A DNA stretch of 64,000 nt from Carcharhinus longimanus (GCA_030264375.1 JASCQW010000156.1:12730001-12794000), one strand, 5' to 3'; shown: positions 25,501 to 39,871, numbered from the stretch's first letter. Notes: a model not told the origin generated them from the letters alone. Numbers and translations are program-made.

Positions 25501-28500
25501 ATTAATGTTAATCTCATGCCTCTGAAGTAGGAATTGGACTCACAATCCGCTGACTCAGAGGTTACAGTTCTAGCACTGAGTCAGGCCAACACTTACATAT
25601 TATATGCTCAGAAAGACATCTTCCAGCTGTTGAAGAATCCTTCAGCAACTGAATTTGTCAGTTTTAAACTGACCACCTACTTTTAGGATATATTTTCAAG
25701 AACTGTGGTAATTGAAAACTGGACACATAAATGTTTTCCAATGTTGGGTTTTTAGAATGCTATACACACAATTGAACACTTGCAGTGTTGGTGCACACAC
25801 TCATAAACAGGGCATGATAGTCCATGCATACTAAAGAGGACAATTCTGCCTTTCATATCCATGATCATTTCCCTATTTTGCATTTCTTTCTGAATGACCC
25901 ATTTCTGTCCAGTTCACATGACTACACCAAATAGTATTGTATGACATGATTGCATAGTAGTTATATTGCTGGACTATTATTCCAGAGCCTTGGATTGATA
26001 ACCCTCATGAATGGCAGTTTGAACATTTTAGCTCCATTTTAAAAATCTGTAAATGAATCTCAATATGACCACAACGCTGTTGGATGGTCATTACAAAACT
26101 AACTGGTTCATAAAGTTCTTGAGGACAGAGGATCTGCTGTGCTCACCCAGTTTAGCTTGTGTTGTTCAGTCCCATACCAATGTGGTTGACTCTTAACTGC
26201 CTCTTTAAGTAACCTGGCAAATCACACAGTGCATACAATTGGAACGACAATAATAAGGATAGCTTTGCCCACATCCGAAAGGTGGATTTTAAACAGGTAT
26301 CATGTCATGAGGATTTTCTGTGCTGTCTCAATTTGGTGGCGCTGAATTTGAAACAGCATGGAATTTCAGACATTTCTTGATTCATGCTGTAGCGCATGGC
26401 TGAAAAGTCTTCTAATTTCTTAAGTGTTAAAAGTTTGCTTAGTAAGTGAGCAATTGGTTTGCAGAAGATAAGAAGTTTACTGTTAAGTTGCTCAGCTGAG
26501 GGAATTCACTTTAGGAGTTCAGAGCTGTTTCTGTTTGGAGGCAGCTGAATCAGGTCTGTGCTAATTACCCAGCGTGCCTCCCCCTCCCTTTTCCCCTCTC
26601 CGCTTCCCCCTTTGTCCCCAGACGACAGAGCAAATGACCCTTTTCCTGCTACAAGACAAGGTAGCCTGGCTGGAGCAGACGCAGGTCCCCTGATACTCAT
26701 GCCGCTAACTCAACAGATGAAAGAACAGAGTTGCTTAAAAAAAAAGAAAATGAAGGGGAATGTTGTTCTATCTGAAATCAGGACCGACCAGCATTATCCA
26801 CTGTTTGCTTTTCTTAGAGCCCAAAGCAGACCAGATCTCTGTTAGCATTGTGATTAAACGTCACTCTCACTCAACCTCCTGCATTTAACAACCCTTCAGG
26901 AGGCTGTAAAAAAAAAAGAAAAGGAGAGAGGGAATATCAGCGAATCTGTCACTTTGAGAGGTCTTTGCTAATTAGAGGGAAAGACTAAGACAACCCGGTA
27001 TTTTCTTTGTGGAATAAAATACAATTATGATGGCATTTCCTTAAGGATATACGGGAAATTCTAATTGGGACCTAGTTTCTAGAAAACTGAGTGCTTCAGA
27101 GACCTGGTACGATTGACCCCATAGGGAAGTGTCGATGTGCATTTCTCTCCCCAGAAAAAAATGAAGTGGCTTAATGTAAACACTTAGTTAATGTATGAAG
27201 ATGAATTGACATGGAGTCTCGACATTTAGTATCAATCTGGGTTGAGCTTAACATATATTTTAATTGAAAGCTTATTTGTCTCGTTATTTATTTAATCTGG
27301 ATTGAAATGGAATCGAGTGGTCACAAACTGCATTCCTGTCTTTGGAGAAAGTTTTGATTTTTTTTCCCTTGGACCTGTCTTGGGATCAGGTTTATTTGTA
27401 CAAAAAAACTGAATGCGTAGCACGTGTGTTGTAAATGGAGCTCTGTTCTCTGGCAGCACATCACTTTTGGTGGGCTCTTTCGGCAGAAGAGAGAGATTTC
27501 TCCATATTCAGTTCTTTCCTGCAATGTCCAATAAACTTGTGCAGAGGAATAATATTGAGCAGCGATGAATGAAAAAGTATTTTTACCCGAGGTGTGAGAA
27601 AGCCAGTGTTTGTGATGGCAGAATGTAAAAGCCAGGTGCTGTTGTAGATTCAGACAGGGTAAGATCTAAATAAATGCACACCTTTGTTTTAGCTGTACAT
27701 CTCCATGGAAACATACATAAGTTGAACCTTGCGTGACATGAGCTTTTAACTGCGGCTGGCGGTTGGTTTATTAATCATTGATTTTGACCATTGACAGCGC
27801 ACACTACTTCACTGCAGCACAGTTACAATTGTATTTCCATTTTGTGAAACACTTCCATTCTGGAAACATTTTGGCACACCAAGCAGCCTCTGAAAGATGC
27901 AGTGGCTGTAAATCAATGACAATATGGTGGCGAGCAGACATTACACGTTCCCATCTGTAGTAAATGCAATAATTAGCGACCACCAGTTAGCTAACAAACA
28001 ATAATGGGTTTATTTAAAACTATAAATAGGATGCTATAATCGACATGTTCATTCCCACTTCCAAGATCAATCCAGCTGCAAAAGCTCATGCTTTACTCCA
28101 AGATCCCTACGCTCATTCCCCATTGGATGATTGTGTTACATGACCCTAGGATGCACACCCCTTAAAGGGGCCAACTACTACACCATCCGTTCAGAAACTG
28201 GAACATTATTTCCACTATCCTGTATTTTTTTAAATAAAGTTGCAAATCACATTACATAAAAAATGGTTTTCATGACTTGTATCTGTGTGTTGCGGGCGTG
28301 GGGTGCGGTTGTGACAGTTGAATTGGCCTATATACTGATCAAGCAGAAATGCAACTGTTTGCATGAAGTTCTGTATGCTTTGGGAAACTCAGACCTAGAA
28401 ATTACAGGTGTGAAACAGGCATTGCATCTTAATTCTGCCCTCAACCACACCTGGCTCATCCAGGAATGAATCAGCCACTTTTTAGCCATTCCGGGTAGCC

Positions 28501-31114
28501 ATCTAAAACATGTATTAGGCCCCTTCCATTTGTCAATGATAGGCCTAAGACCTGCTGTAAAAGCTCTCTGGGAAATTGAGTTGCTGTTCTTAAATTCTGC
28601 TGCTATGCATTCGGCTGAGCATATGCCCATCACCAACCTTTTTAAAAGTATTAATGTGGAGGCAGGAGGACCAGAAGTTTTTTTAACTCCTCAGTGTTCC
28701 TAATTAGAGCCCATCTTCCTCCCCACCCCACTGAGGGCACTTAAACATGAGGCCTTAAACTTGATTCTGCAGGAGGGCAAGCTGTCTGCAGAGCTGCAGT
28801 AATTTACCTATGTAATTCAATGAGAAGCCAATTTCAGGCCATTTGATTAGGGTGAAGGAGGGGTAAAGGGCTGAGGGGGGCTTTGGGGAGGAGGTGGGGG
28901 CAGACCTGGATTGGCATATTCATGTTCTGAAACCTGGCACCATTGAATTTCTACCCTGCAAGCTTTGTTCCAGAGCTAGTGCTTTATGATACTTCTAATG
29001 GAACCTTACATTGCCAATTATAACCTCTTTCTGTATCATGTTGGCTCAAATGTTGAAGTCTGCTGCAAATGGGGAGATTTGATTAATTGACAAGATTAAG
29101 ATCTGCCTCAATTACTTGTACAGATATAGAAGTTTTTTTAGAAGTAATTGAATTCACTGTAAATGTTGCTTTGTAGCATGAATATACATTGAATGGCTTG
29201 AAATATGAACCCAGAAGGTACTCTAACCCTTGGGTGTTGGTTACAGAGAAAAGGACACCAGCGAAGTTGGAAGGGTTATGCCCGTATTGAATTCAGTGGT
29301 TGTCCACCACTCTTGAGAGAGCTTGCCGAGGTAGCTTTCCCTTTTGCAGTCGAGGCATTTTAAACCAGTGTACGAACGCCAAGTGTGAATAAAGGCCTAC
29401 TCATAAATCCCTGACCTCCACAGGGATTTGGGGGAGTAGTGGGAAAGAGCAATGAGTCAAAATGTTTGAGTGGCTTTTGCCAGTTGATATAGTCCAAATA
29501 AAGAAACTCCTGCCTTGTCTAACCACTCATCTGGTATATGTCTTAAGCTGCAGTCACTTCAAACTACAATGTACCTTTTTTCTCCGCACGTAGTCTTGCT
29601 GCCCCAGCATCTGGGATACAACCCTGTTCCTTCGACTGAGCTCAATCATATAAAATATCACCCAAGTGAAAGATACCAGTTAATGCTCCGAGTTATTTGT
29701 GGTTTGACTAAATTTTTTTGTTTACTCAGCAGGGTTAGAAAGAGATCCAACCACATCCCAATGAAGTAGGCGAGTGCAAAGCTGACCCATGCAAAAAGCC
29801 CAAATCAGCATGAAATACTGCTTCTTCTTGTTTACTGATCCCCCTTTCTTACCCACTGGTAGTTAAACATCAGTCAATTCTGCTTGTTTACTGCTTTCTT
29901 TTGCATCTTAATAATCATTCAACCATCAGCCTACCTTAACAAAAGTTGAATTGTAAAATATGTTTCATTTGTTTATTGCTCCCTTCTCTAGCCCAAAGAT
30001 TGTTTGATTAATCAAGATTGGCTTTTTTTTTCATTCATTCTCATGACGTATGCCATTAGTAAGGTCAGCATTTATTTCCCATCATGCTTCACCAAGAGAA
30101 GGTGACAGTAGGCCTTCACTTGATCCACCACAGTCCTAGTGGGGAATGTACTCCCACAGTACTATTAGGTAGGGAGTTACAGAATCTTGATGCAGCAACA
30201 GTGGAAAACAGTGATATAGGTCTACATTGGGATAATGTGTGACTTCTGTGACCTGGAAATGATGGTGTTCCCAAGCATCTGCTGCCCTTGTGCTAGATGG
30301 TGGAGCTTGTGGGTTTGGGAGAAGCCGTCAAAGAAGCCTTAACAAGTTGTTGCAGTGCATTCTGAGCTTAATGCACACTGCAGCCACCGTGCACCAGTGA
30401 CAGAGGAAGGAAATGTTTGAAGTAGCAAATGGGCTGCTAATTAAGCAATTGCTTTGTTCTGGATTGTGCTGAGTTTCTTGAGTGTTGCGACTGCATTCAT
30501 CCAGGAGAGCATTCCATCACAATTTGACTTGTATTTTTTAGATAGTGGAGGGGTAGCATAGTTTTGTTGTTAAATATTTTGCCAAGCTAGATTGCTACAT
30601 TGCAGTATAGCACAATACATTGCCACATAGCTATAAGTCATATTGACTGGACATAGGCATTAGCCCAGATCTATGATAAACTGGAAATACTTCAATTACC
30701 CTCAGCATTCCCTGGACTTGGAAGCTGAAATATAATCCAGGGTTCCCACCACTAATCGTTACTCAATAACCTCCAATTAAAATTGTGCTGAAGTGGAGAT
30801 CAGATTTGACTTGGTGATGATGCCAATTCATGGTTGAATAGCAAACCACTTAAGAAAGTGATCACTGGGGTGAGAGACTAGAAAGCTACTAGCATCCAAA
30901 GTCAGGTAGCACCTTCAGACTAGAAGGAGAAAAATGGGTCAAAGTGAAGAGGTTGGTATTTAGCCTGATGATCCCTCATATTGGGAAATCACACACTGCT
31001 GGACTTCGTTTCCTTGTTTATTTTTGGTGAATTTTGTGCTAGACAAGTACAGCAAAGTTTTTTAGGAATATTTTCCTAATTTAGGGAGTCAAATATTCCC
31101 ATCTTAGGTATAGG

Positions 31115-31578
31115 AAGAAGTCTCACAACACCAGGTTAAAGTCCAACAGGTTTATTTGGAATCACGAGCTTTCGGAACACTACTCCTTCATCAGGTGAGT
31201 GGAGGTTAGTTCACAAACACAGCATATATAGGCAAAGACACATTTGCAAGATAATTACAGATTGGAATGTGAAGAATGGTTGTAATACAAGTACTTACGG
31301 GTAATCAAGTCTTTACAGGGATGAACAGTGTAAGTGGAGAGAGACATAATCACAGGTTAAAGAGGTGTGAATTGTCTCAAACCAGGGCAGGTTGTAGGAT
31401 TTTGAAAACCCAGGCAGTATGATGGGCTTATAAGTAGTCTGACATGAACCTAAGATCCTGGTTGAGGACGTGCTCATGCATGTGGAACTTGGCCAAATAA
31501 ACCTGTTGGACTTTAACAGGGACATGTGAGACTTCTTACTGTGCCCACCCCAGTCCAACCTGGCATCTCCGCCTCATG
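31115..31578. mobile_element. Penelope-like element (family 1) with a short inverted terminus
   Basis: Minus arm 31115-31493 with an intact hammerhead core at 31163-31197; plus arm from ~31494 carrying the ccccagtccaacctggcatctcc tail; aggtata occurs on both flanks. Confidence 0.8.
31163..31197 (-). ncRNA. Minimal hammerhead ribozyme motif
   Basis: Reverse complement CAC-CTGATGA-A-GGAGT(AGT)GTTCC-GAA-AGCT-C-GTG; stem II retained through two G-U pairs. Confidence 0.7.
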
Positions 31579-31794
31579 TCAGGTATACCTTAGCAACAGG
31601 AGATCAAAGCCCTCATCCCAGACTAATACTGAGCTGAATCTTAGACCCAACATCAAAGGAGTACCCCTTACACACCAATATGTCAGTTTTCCACACAAAT
31701 CACCATGCTGGTCTCTCGAACTGATACTGATAATTCAGTGCTAAACAAGTCTTATGTTATGCACAAACAAAATATTGTGTAAATCTAAACAAAT

Positions 31795-32200
31795 AGGAGA
31801 ATGCTGAAAACACGCAGCAGGTCAGGCGTCAGCTATGGAGAGAGAAGCAGAGTTAATGTTTCAGATCACTGATCTTTCATAAGAATTGGGAAAGGTTAGC
31901 AATGTCCTAGTTTTTAAGCAGTGCAAAGGCAGAGAGAAAGAGGAGAGGAAGAAAGGACAAACTGGAAGGTCTGTTATTTGGAGGATGCCAGGAGAGATTA
32001 AATGATAAAAATAACGATGGTGCAAAGCAAGGTAACAAGACAAAGCAACAAAAGGAGCTGCAAATGGCAACAGCAGAAAGAACCATTACTAGCAGTTGCT
32101 GTCTTGATCGACCATATATTGAGATTGGAGCCTTGCAACCACCAGAGGGAGACAATCTTCATCCTATCAGCCTGGGCTGCATTAGACTGCAGATTTCAGA
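31795..32200 (-). mobile_element. Penelope-like terminal repeat (family 2), decayed
   Basis: gcaggtcaggc...agagttaatgtttcagatcactgatctttcataag is the reverse complement of a mutated hammerhead (stem AGATC/GATCT, GAAAC). Confidence 0.55.
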
Positions 32201-32408
32201 AGTAAAAGACTAGCATGTTAACCTATGGAATGACACAATTCTCCCCCGAAGCGGACAGAAACAGATGTTGTTAACTTTTCCAGATTCCATCACAGTGTAG
32301 GGATGTTGCTGTACACTGAGCAGAAAGTAAATGATGAAATAGGATAATTCCATCTATTAGTGTCCAATCCCTCAAACCGTTTTTTTATGTGCTGTGTTCC
32401 TATTTCAG

Positions 32409-32651
32409 GCATGAGGCGCAAAGTACCCACCAGGAGCCAGATCATCCACTGACCAGTCAAAAAGCAGAAGAGGCAGATGATGAAGATGAAGAGGAGGAAC
32501 TGGAGGAAGATGATGAAGAGGAGGACGAGAGCATGACAGAAAAATCCCAGGATGATCCAGTTTCACCCAAGATTGACGCCAGAGCTCAGTTCAGAGAAAA
32601 TGAAGAGGAACGGCCTGCTCCACTCACCCTAGGCTATGAGCAGGCCCACAG
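32409..32651 (+). CDS. PRDM16: PRDM16 exon (eq. exon 15), acidic domain HEAQ...EEDDEEEDESMTEKSQDDPVSP...GYEQAHR
   Basis: tatttcag acceptor, AG|gtttgt donor, 243 nt, phase 2-2; Asp/Glu tract and KSQDD.VSP motif as in human PRDM16. Confidence 0.93.
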
Positions 32652-34706
32652 GTTTGTGAAATTCATGTATTTCTTCTTCATATATTCTTCTTCATATCTT
32701 CATATTGAAAGCATGCTACCTTCCCCAAGAACGTTTGGTTTAACAGGTTTGGGTTGAGAGGTCCACAAGGTGATGGAGTGGTCTCATACTATGCTGGTTC
32801 TGTTTCCTTAAGAAGAAAAGTGCCTGAATCTGAAATTACACTGGCCAATTTCATACTACCGTTTGTATTGTAAACCTCTCAAAAGGGTACACACTGCAGC
32901 TAGCCCATTTACACTGTGCTTAACCCATTGAGGTAATGCATTATTCTAGGGGACAGGAACGCTCTTCAGGGAGCAAGGACATTTACCTTTAATGAACATT
33001 TGTCTGAACTTTATTTCTGATACTTTCGATACCCATAGTGAGGCATATGCAGAATTAAATATGTCAGCCATGTCTTGATGTTAAATACATTTGTGACCAA
33101 GTCAGAGTGATATCACATCCAAATATAAATCTAATTAAATCCCAATCCTTTTTTCTGTCTTGTGCTCTAAATTGAAGCAAGTTTTGGGTTGGGGGCTGGG
33201 TGGTGTGGTAGTGGTGATGGACTAAAGGACCTTTGGTGTGCTTTTGGCTTGTGCTGTCCTAACTTAGGAGTACTTGATGCTGATGCAGGATGACAAAAGT
33301 GGCAGGAATGTTCCATTTTCTAGCACGATGTCATCTTATCTTAAATTTCCTCCAGTCTTCACAAGCACATATAAGGAAGTGACAGAATTCTCTCAAACTG
33401 AGGTATTCTGTACACCAGAAATTATTGCAGAGATTTCAAGCCAAGCACATCAAAATGGTGACATATATATAGTTAAATTGGATCTACAGATTGTATCCTC
33501 TGTGGACTCCATTTTATGTCATCAACCCTACAGATTTAAATTGGCCTGTCACAACTTTGTCTTAAAGATTAAGTACCAAGAGTGGCATCGTGGGGATTCT
33601 GTACTCCAGAGGTGATGGGGGACTGATGCAATNNNNNNNNNNNNNNNNNNNNNNNNNNNNNNNNNNNNNNNNNNNNNNNNNNNNNNNNNNNNNNNNNNNN
33701 NNNNNNNNNNNNNNNNNNNNNNNNNNNNNNNNNNNNNNNNNNNNNNNNNNNNNNNNNNNNNNNNNAGATATAAACCTTGTTTTTGGCATATTGCCATGTT
33801 ATAACTGAATCACACAGCCAGTATTCAGTGTGTGAGCTGCCATTCACTGTAATAGCATTATCAGAGATTGGAATGAAAGATCCAGCCTAACATACATTTT
33901 ACAGCCTATTTCAGTCCCATGGACAGAAAGCGGAACTTAATGCCATTTCACTGACAAGTTTAGAAGGGGGTGGGGGCTGTGGCGCACAGGCGGTGGGGGG
34001 AGCATCTAATTGGGCAGGAGGTGGCAGGGTGGGTACTTTCCCACCTCCTACCTCTGCATAATTAAGTCTGAGGTGGGAAGGCTCATAGATAACCTTCCTG
34101 CCTGGACATTAATTGAGGCCCTTAAGTCAGCAATTAATGCCCACTTAGTGACCTTATCACTGCCCACCTGTGGGGAATTGCCATACAGGAAGCCTGAAAA
34201 GCATACCTTGTCAAATTATCTTGTGGGCTTCCGGGGAGCTCCCTCCTTCAAATGCACTCAGTGTCTTATCAAAGACCCCATCTTCAGGACGTGGGATTCC
34301 CAGTGAAAGCCAGTTCCCTCCCTTTCCTGCAACCCTCACCCCACATCCACAATCCCACCCTCACTCAACATTGGTCTGGGAACCCTCATTGATCCTAGAT
34401 CTCTGGCGGTGCAATACTGGCACCTACCAGTCTCAGTGGCACTGACAGCAATGAAGAGCTGCCAGCCTGTGATTAGATGGCATCTCTCAGGGGGGGAACT
34501 TTCAATTCCAGGGGCCCTTGACCCAGGGGAAGGCCCAACAATGAATGATGCCATTTAAGTACGTCTTCGCCTACAGTGGTTAGGAGGGGTTCCCGCTGTT
34601 CTTCGGCTGGCGGGTGAGAGGTCCTATCACAGCCGTTAAATTCTGCCTTAAATCTCAGTGAACCAAAGCCCTCAGCACTTGTTCCTAAGATACCCAATCA
34701 TAATAC

Positions 34707-35060
34707 GGGGAGGCAATAGCCTAGTGGTAGTTACGCTAGATTATTAATCCAGAAACTCAGCTAATGATATGGGAACTGGGATTTGAATCCCATCATGGCA
34801 GATGGTGGAATTTGAATTCAATAAAAGAAAATCTGGAATTAAGAATCTACTGATGACCATGAAACCATTGTCCATTGTCAGAAAACCCCATTTCGTTCAC
34901 TGATGTCCTTTAGGGAAGAAAATATGCCGTCCTTGCCTGCTCTGTCCTACATGTGACTCCAGAGCCACATGTGGTTGACTCTCAACTATTCTCGGTCAAG
35001 TAGCGGTGAGCAATAAATGCTGACCAGTCAGTGGCACCTATGTTCCATGAATGAATTTTA
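34707..35060 (+). mobile_element. tRNA-derived SINE
   Basis: A/B-box-like head (tagcctagtgg...gatttgaatccc) and a body shared with 11405 and 25955. Confidence 0.65.
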
Positions 35061-35744
35061 AAAAATACATCAGTCTCATAATATGAAAAGCCAATGGATG
35101 CAGTTACTTGTATTTGAAAGATATTAAAAAAATTAAATTTCCATCACTCAAACTACAAGTGCAGCCAATCACAGTGCAGTCAGCTCAATTACCCAATGGG
35201 GTAATTAGCCAGTAACGCAATGGCCCCAGTCATAGAAAAGTCCAAATCTGTAAAAGCCTAATTATTTTGTTTTGCAAACATGTTAAAATGGTAGCCAAAG
35301 GTAAAAATGGCCAATATCACTCACATCCTGAAAGCAGAAACTCCTTACATACCTACCTGATCGTAAAATAGTGATGAACTAAAGACCTAATAGAAATTCT
35401 ATAAAAGTCACACTCCATATAGAGCCAAAGACAAAGCATTTTGTATAATCTTCATGGGAATTTGTGATTTAAAATGAACCAGCAACAGTAAAGACGCTCT
35501 TTTTGGTGTTTTCTTCACCTGTGTGTCATCATGCTATAAACACCCCCATCTGATCATGCTTGGGTAACACCATTCACTGCACCCACTTCTGTTGTCACTG
35601 CCGTGTATATGGTTTGTGCTGTGCAACCCTTGCATGTGCATGCAAAGATTGAGCCAGCAGTGCTGACTCTGATTAGCTGAGTTGTGTAAGGTCAGAAGGG
35701 CTAACATGGGGTCACCTTTCCCCTCCCCCTGATCGTTGGCACAG

Positions 35745-35925
35745 GTGTATTGCTGAGGATGAAGCTGGGCTGCTGGCCTTGGACCAGATAGCGAATTTCA
35801 CAAAGGGGCTGGACTTGCGTAAGGCAGCAGAGGAGCAGTACGAGGTGAAAGAGGCCGCAGTCTTTAATTCCTCCTTAGACTCCGAAGCAATAAAAGAGAC
35901 ACTGTACAGGCAGGCTAAAACTCAG
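35745..35925 (+). CDS. PRDM16: PRDM16 exon (eq. exon 16), CIAEDEAGLLALDQIANFTKGLDLRKAAEE...LYRQAKTQ
   Basis: cacag acceptor after a pyrimidine tract, CAG|gtatgg donor, 181 nt, phase 2-0; matches recalled GLLAL...KGLDLRRAAEE...LDSEA...RQAKNQ. Confidence 0.95.
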
Positions 35926-36799
35926 GTATGGTACTCTACAACAGAAACACACTCTGAGTGATAAGTAACCTGTTTTACTATGTTTATTCCACAAGCCCCA
36001 GTCTTCACAGCATATACACATCTACCATTTTCCTGACCTGGACCTGAATCAAAAGTTTGATTTCATGAATGTAATTTCAGATCCTGCGGCCAATGCCAAA
36101 ATTAGACATTGGGGATCATTTTGACTGTGTGTTGGAGTAAAATGGATGATATTGATTCCTGTCTGTTACATATCGGTTCTGATTTTAATTTCCTGTAACT
36201 TCAATTGAAATTAAAGTCAGGAAAGATATTGTGATGATTGTTCCTTTGAGGGCAACACAGCAGAGTAATGGTCACATGGCATGACTAGCCAGTCAGAATC
36301 ACCAATAGTGAGAGAGGTTCCTAGGCAAAAGAGAATTTGGGAGCCAGCGGCTGCTTTACATTCTTATTAATAAATGTCTTTTGTGTTCACTAATGGAGTC
36401 TCTGCAGGTAACAGACAGCTGATCTGATGCAGATTATAGAGTAATCTCAATTTGATAGTCCTGACTCCAAGGTCTTTGCCATTCAGAGGTGAAAATATCT
36501 ACAGTAGAGCTGTGTAGTTGTGTCAAGACTCCTTTTACAGTAAAGTGTTATGCAAAAAGTGGCTGATAGTTGCCAAACTCTTGAACTACCTGTATGTTGT
36601 ACACTGGGAAAGAAATACAATTTAAACAATGATGGAACAGTACAATGTGACAAAGGAATATGACATCCACTGCGACATTACAGTGCATACTGTAATAGAA
36701 CACACACTGTAGCAGAGGAATAAAACATACGTTGTGAAAGAGGAAATAATGTAACACATTGTAACAGAGGAGTACAACATATATGGTAACATACAAAAA

Positions 36800-37650
36800 T
36801 AGTAGCAGAAATAGGCCCTTCAGGCTTGGTCCACCATTCAATATGATCATACCTGATCCACTAACTCAACACCACACTCCCCATGCTCTCCCCATAACCC
36901 TTGGTGTCTTTAGAGTCTAGGAATCTATGTTTCTATTTTAAAAATATTTAGTAACTTGGCCTCTATAACCTTCTATGGTAGAAAATTCCACAGGTTCACA
37001 CCCACTGAGTAAAGAAATTTCTCCTCATCTCAGTCAAAATGGCCTATCCCATATCCTTGAGATTCCTTGTTCCAGACACCCCAGCCAGAGGAAACAACAT
37101 TCCTTCATCCAGTCTGTCAAGCCCTAGAATTTTATATGTGTCAATTTGATCTCTTCGGCTTTTCCTTAATTCCAGTGAATACAGGCCCATTCAACCCAAT
37201 CTCTCCTCAGGTGATAATCCTGCCATCCCAGCTCTCTGTGGCAAGTGAATCCTTTCTGAGACAAGAAGATCAAAACTGCACACAATATTCCAGGTCTGCT
37301 CACACCAAGGCGTATACAGATGTGGAAAGACATTCTTGTTCTTGTCTTCAGGTCCACTTGCAATGAAGGCCAACATACCATTCACCTTCCTAACTTCTTG
37401 CTGCATCTGCATGTTTGCTTTCAATAACTGGCATACTGGGACACCAAAATCCCTTTGTACACCAACTTTCCAAATCTATCACCATTTAAGTAATATTCTT
37501 TTATTCTGTTTTTACATCTGAAGTGGATAACTTCACATTTATCCACAGTATACTGCATCTGCCATGTAGTTGTTCACTCACTCAACTTGCCTAAAACACC
37601 ATTGAATCTCTTAACATCCTTCTCAGCACTTACACCCCCAGAGAGTTTCC
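36800..37650 (-). mobile_element. CR1/HER1 LINE 3' fragment
   Basis: Minus-strand peptides QQEVRKVNGMLAFIA and LVRPxLEYCVQF-like, followed by a CR1 3' UTR. Confidence 0.8.
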
Positions 37651-37654
37651 CATC

Positions 37655-38560
37655 AACACACACTGTGGCAGAGGAACACAATACACACTATGACAGAGGG
37701 ATACAACATATACTGTGACAGAAGAATACAACATACACTATGACAGAGGAGTACAACACACAATGTGACAGAGGAATACAACACACACTGTGACAGAGGA
37801 ATACAACACTCTGCGACAGAAGAATGCAATACACATTGCGACAGAGGAAACACACTGTGACAGAGGAATACAGTAAGCACTATGACAGAGGAAACACACT
37901 GTGACAGAGGAATACAGTAAGCACAGTGACAGAGGAAACACACTGTGACAGAGGAATACAGTAAGCACAGTGACAGAGGAAACACACTGACAGAGGAATA
38001 CAGTAAGCACTGTGACAGAGGAAACACACTGTGACAGAGGAATACAGTAAGCACTGTGACAGAGGAATAGAACACGCGCTGTGACAGAGGAATAGAACAC
38101 GCGCTGTGACAGAGGAATAGAACACGCGCTGTGACAGAGGAATGCAATACACATTGCAACAGAGAAAACACACTGTGACAGAGGAATACGGTAAGCACTG
38201 TGACAGAGGAATATAGTAAGCACTGTGACAGAGGAAACACACTGACAGAGGAATACAATAAGTACTGTGACAGAGGAATATAACACACTGCAACAGAGGA
38301 AACACACTGTGACAGAGGAATATAATAAGCACTATGACAGGAATACAATAAGCACTGTGACAGAGGAATAGAACACGCACTGTGGGAGGAATAGAACACG
38401 CGCTGTGACAGAGGAACAGAACACGCGCTGTGACAGAGGAACAGAACACGCGCTGTGACAGAAGAACACAATACACACTGTGACAGAGGAATACAACACA
38501 CTGTGACAGAGGAAACCCACTGTGACAGAGGAATAGAACATGCACTGTGATGGAATTATA
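37655..38560. repeat. Minisatellite, core CACTGTGACAGAGGAA, mostly 25-bp units mixed with 17-19-bp units
   Basis: Tandem array read directly; it produces the overlapping low-complexity ORFs on the minus strand. Confidence 0.95.
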
Positions 38561-39871
38561 TGACATTCACTCTGAGCAAAGTATGACATAAATTTGCAGA
38601 GCAATATGACTCAGTCCGACAGAATATTATGATATACAGTGCAACAGGTCTTTCACTGATGAAAAGTGCTTGCTAAGAATTATATTTTGATCTAATGTAA
38701 ATTTGTTTTTATATTTAATAAGTTTGTCGAAAAGGACGTAAGCCACATGGTTAGATGTTTAAAATGTTTAATGTAATCCAGATAACCTTGCTTAACTTTG
38801 ACTTCCATCTGAAAGTGGTTTAAAATAGTAGCTTAATTATTTATAACGATATTTTACCTCATTAGATTCTTGGATTTCAATTTTTTTTTAATAATAAAAC
38901 CTTTTAATTTAACTTCTAAAAAAAGTGCAACCTTTTATCACGATTAATTCAAGGAATATCATCTTCTGAATGCCTACTGGTGCAAGAAACTCTAGTCATT
39001 GGCCACCCGCTTTGAGCATAACTGCTTATGTGCTGATGGTCCATGAAGTTCTTTGTCACTGGCTTGGACTCAGAGTTAGCACCAGAGTTAATGAATGAGA
39101 TAAGGGCATGCCTCAACAATTGCTTGTCTCTTACTAACTGTGTTTCACTAATACAGTTGCTGATCTTACTGTTACTGAGAACCTCTATGCTACTTTTAAA
39201 AAAAGGCCATATGAAAATATTGTTTTGTTGGGGTTTTTTTCCCAATGTTGCTCCATATGTGAAATGGATTTGGAACAAATGTTTGTGGTATTGAATACTG
39301 CAATTCCTAACTGTTTTTTTTTAATTGGGGTGGGATTTGATTCACTGGATATAGAAAGTGGCAGGCAAACACTCAGTTGCCTCTCCATTCATGACCAGAG
39401 TATCTGAATATTTGAGAACCAAGAAAGGTTACAACTTCTCTTCCTCCTTATGTTCACATAAAAATTAGGCAAGATTTTAATGGACTCAAAACCCATTCAT
39501 CAAGACAGTGTTTGTATCAGGCCCCTTGAATCCAAATGATGGTGTTTAAGTTTATAATCTTCAGTTGAGTGGTTGAGTGAATGGTTTCAAATTCTGATGT
39601 CATGCTATGATATGGAAATGCTGGCATTGGACTGGGGTGGGCACAGTAAGAAGTCTCACAACATCAGGTTAAAGTCCAACAGGTTTATTTGGTANNNNNN
39701 NNNNNNNNNNNNNNNNNNNNNNNNNNNNNNNNNNNNNNNNNNNNNNNNNNNNNNNNNNNNNNNNNNNNNNNNNNNNNNNNNNNNNNNNNNNNNNCATTCG
39801 CCTTCTTGATCACCTGCTGCACCTGCAGACTGGGTTTTTGCAACTCATGCACAAGGACCCCCAGGTCCCTC

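Noticed and set aside
36230-36417. Short TG...CA segment with AATAAA resembling a Gypsy solo LTR
   Set aside because: No clear target duplication and no second copy in the window; too weak to call.
37655-38560. Many CACTGTG/CACAGTG motifs resembling V(D)J recombination heptamers, or a CRISPR-like array
   Set aside because: No nonamer at 12/23 spacing, no antigen-receptor segments and no unique spacers; an ordinary minisatellite.
37653-38604. Long Cys/Val/Ser-rich ORFs (282, 228, 189 aa) on the minus strand
   Set aside because: Open in several frames only because the minisatellite lacks stop codons; no splice or domain evidence.
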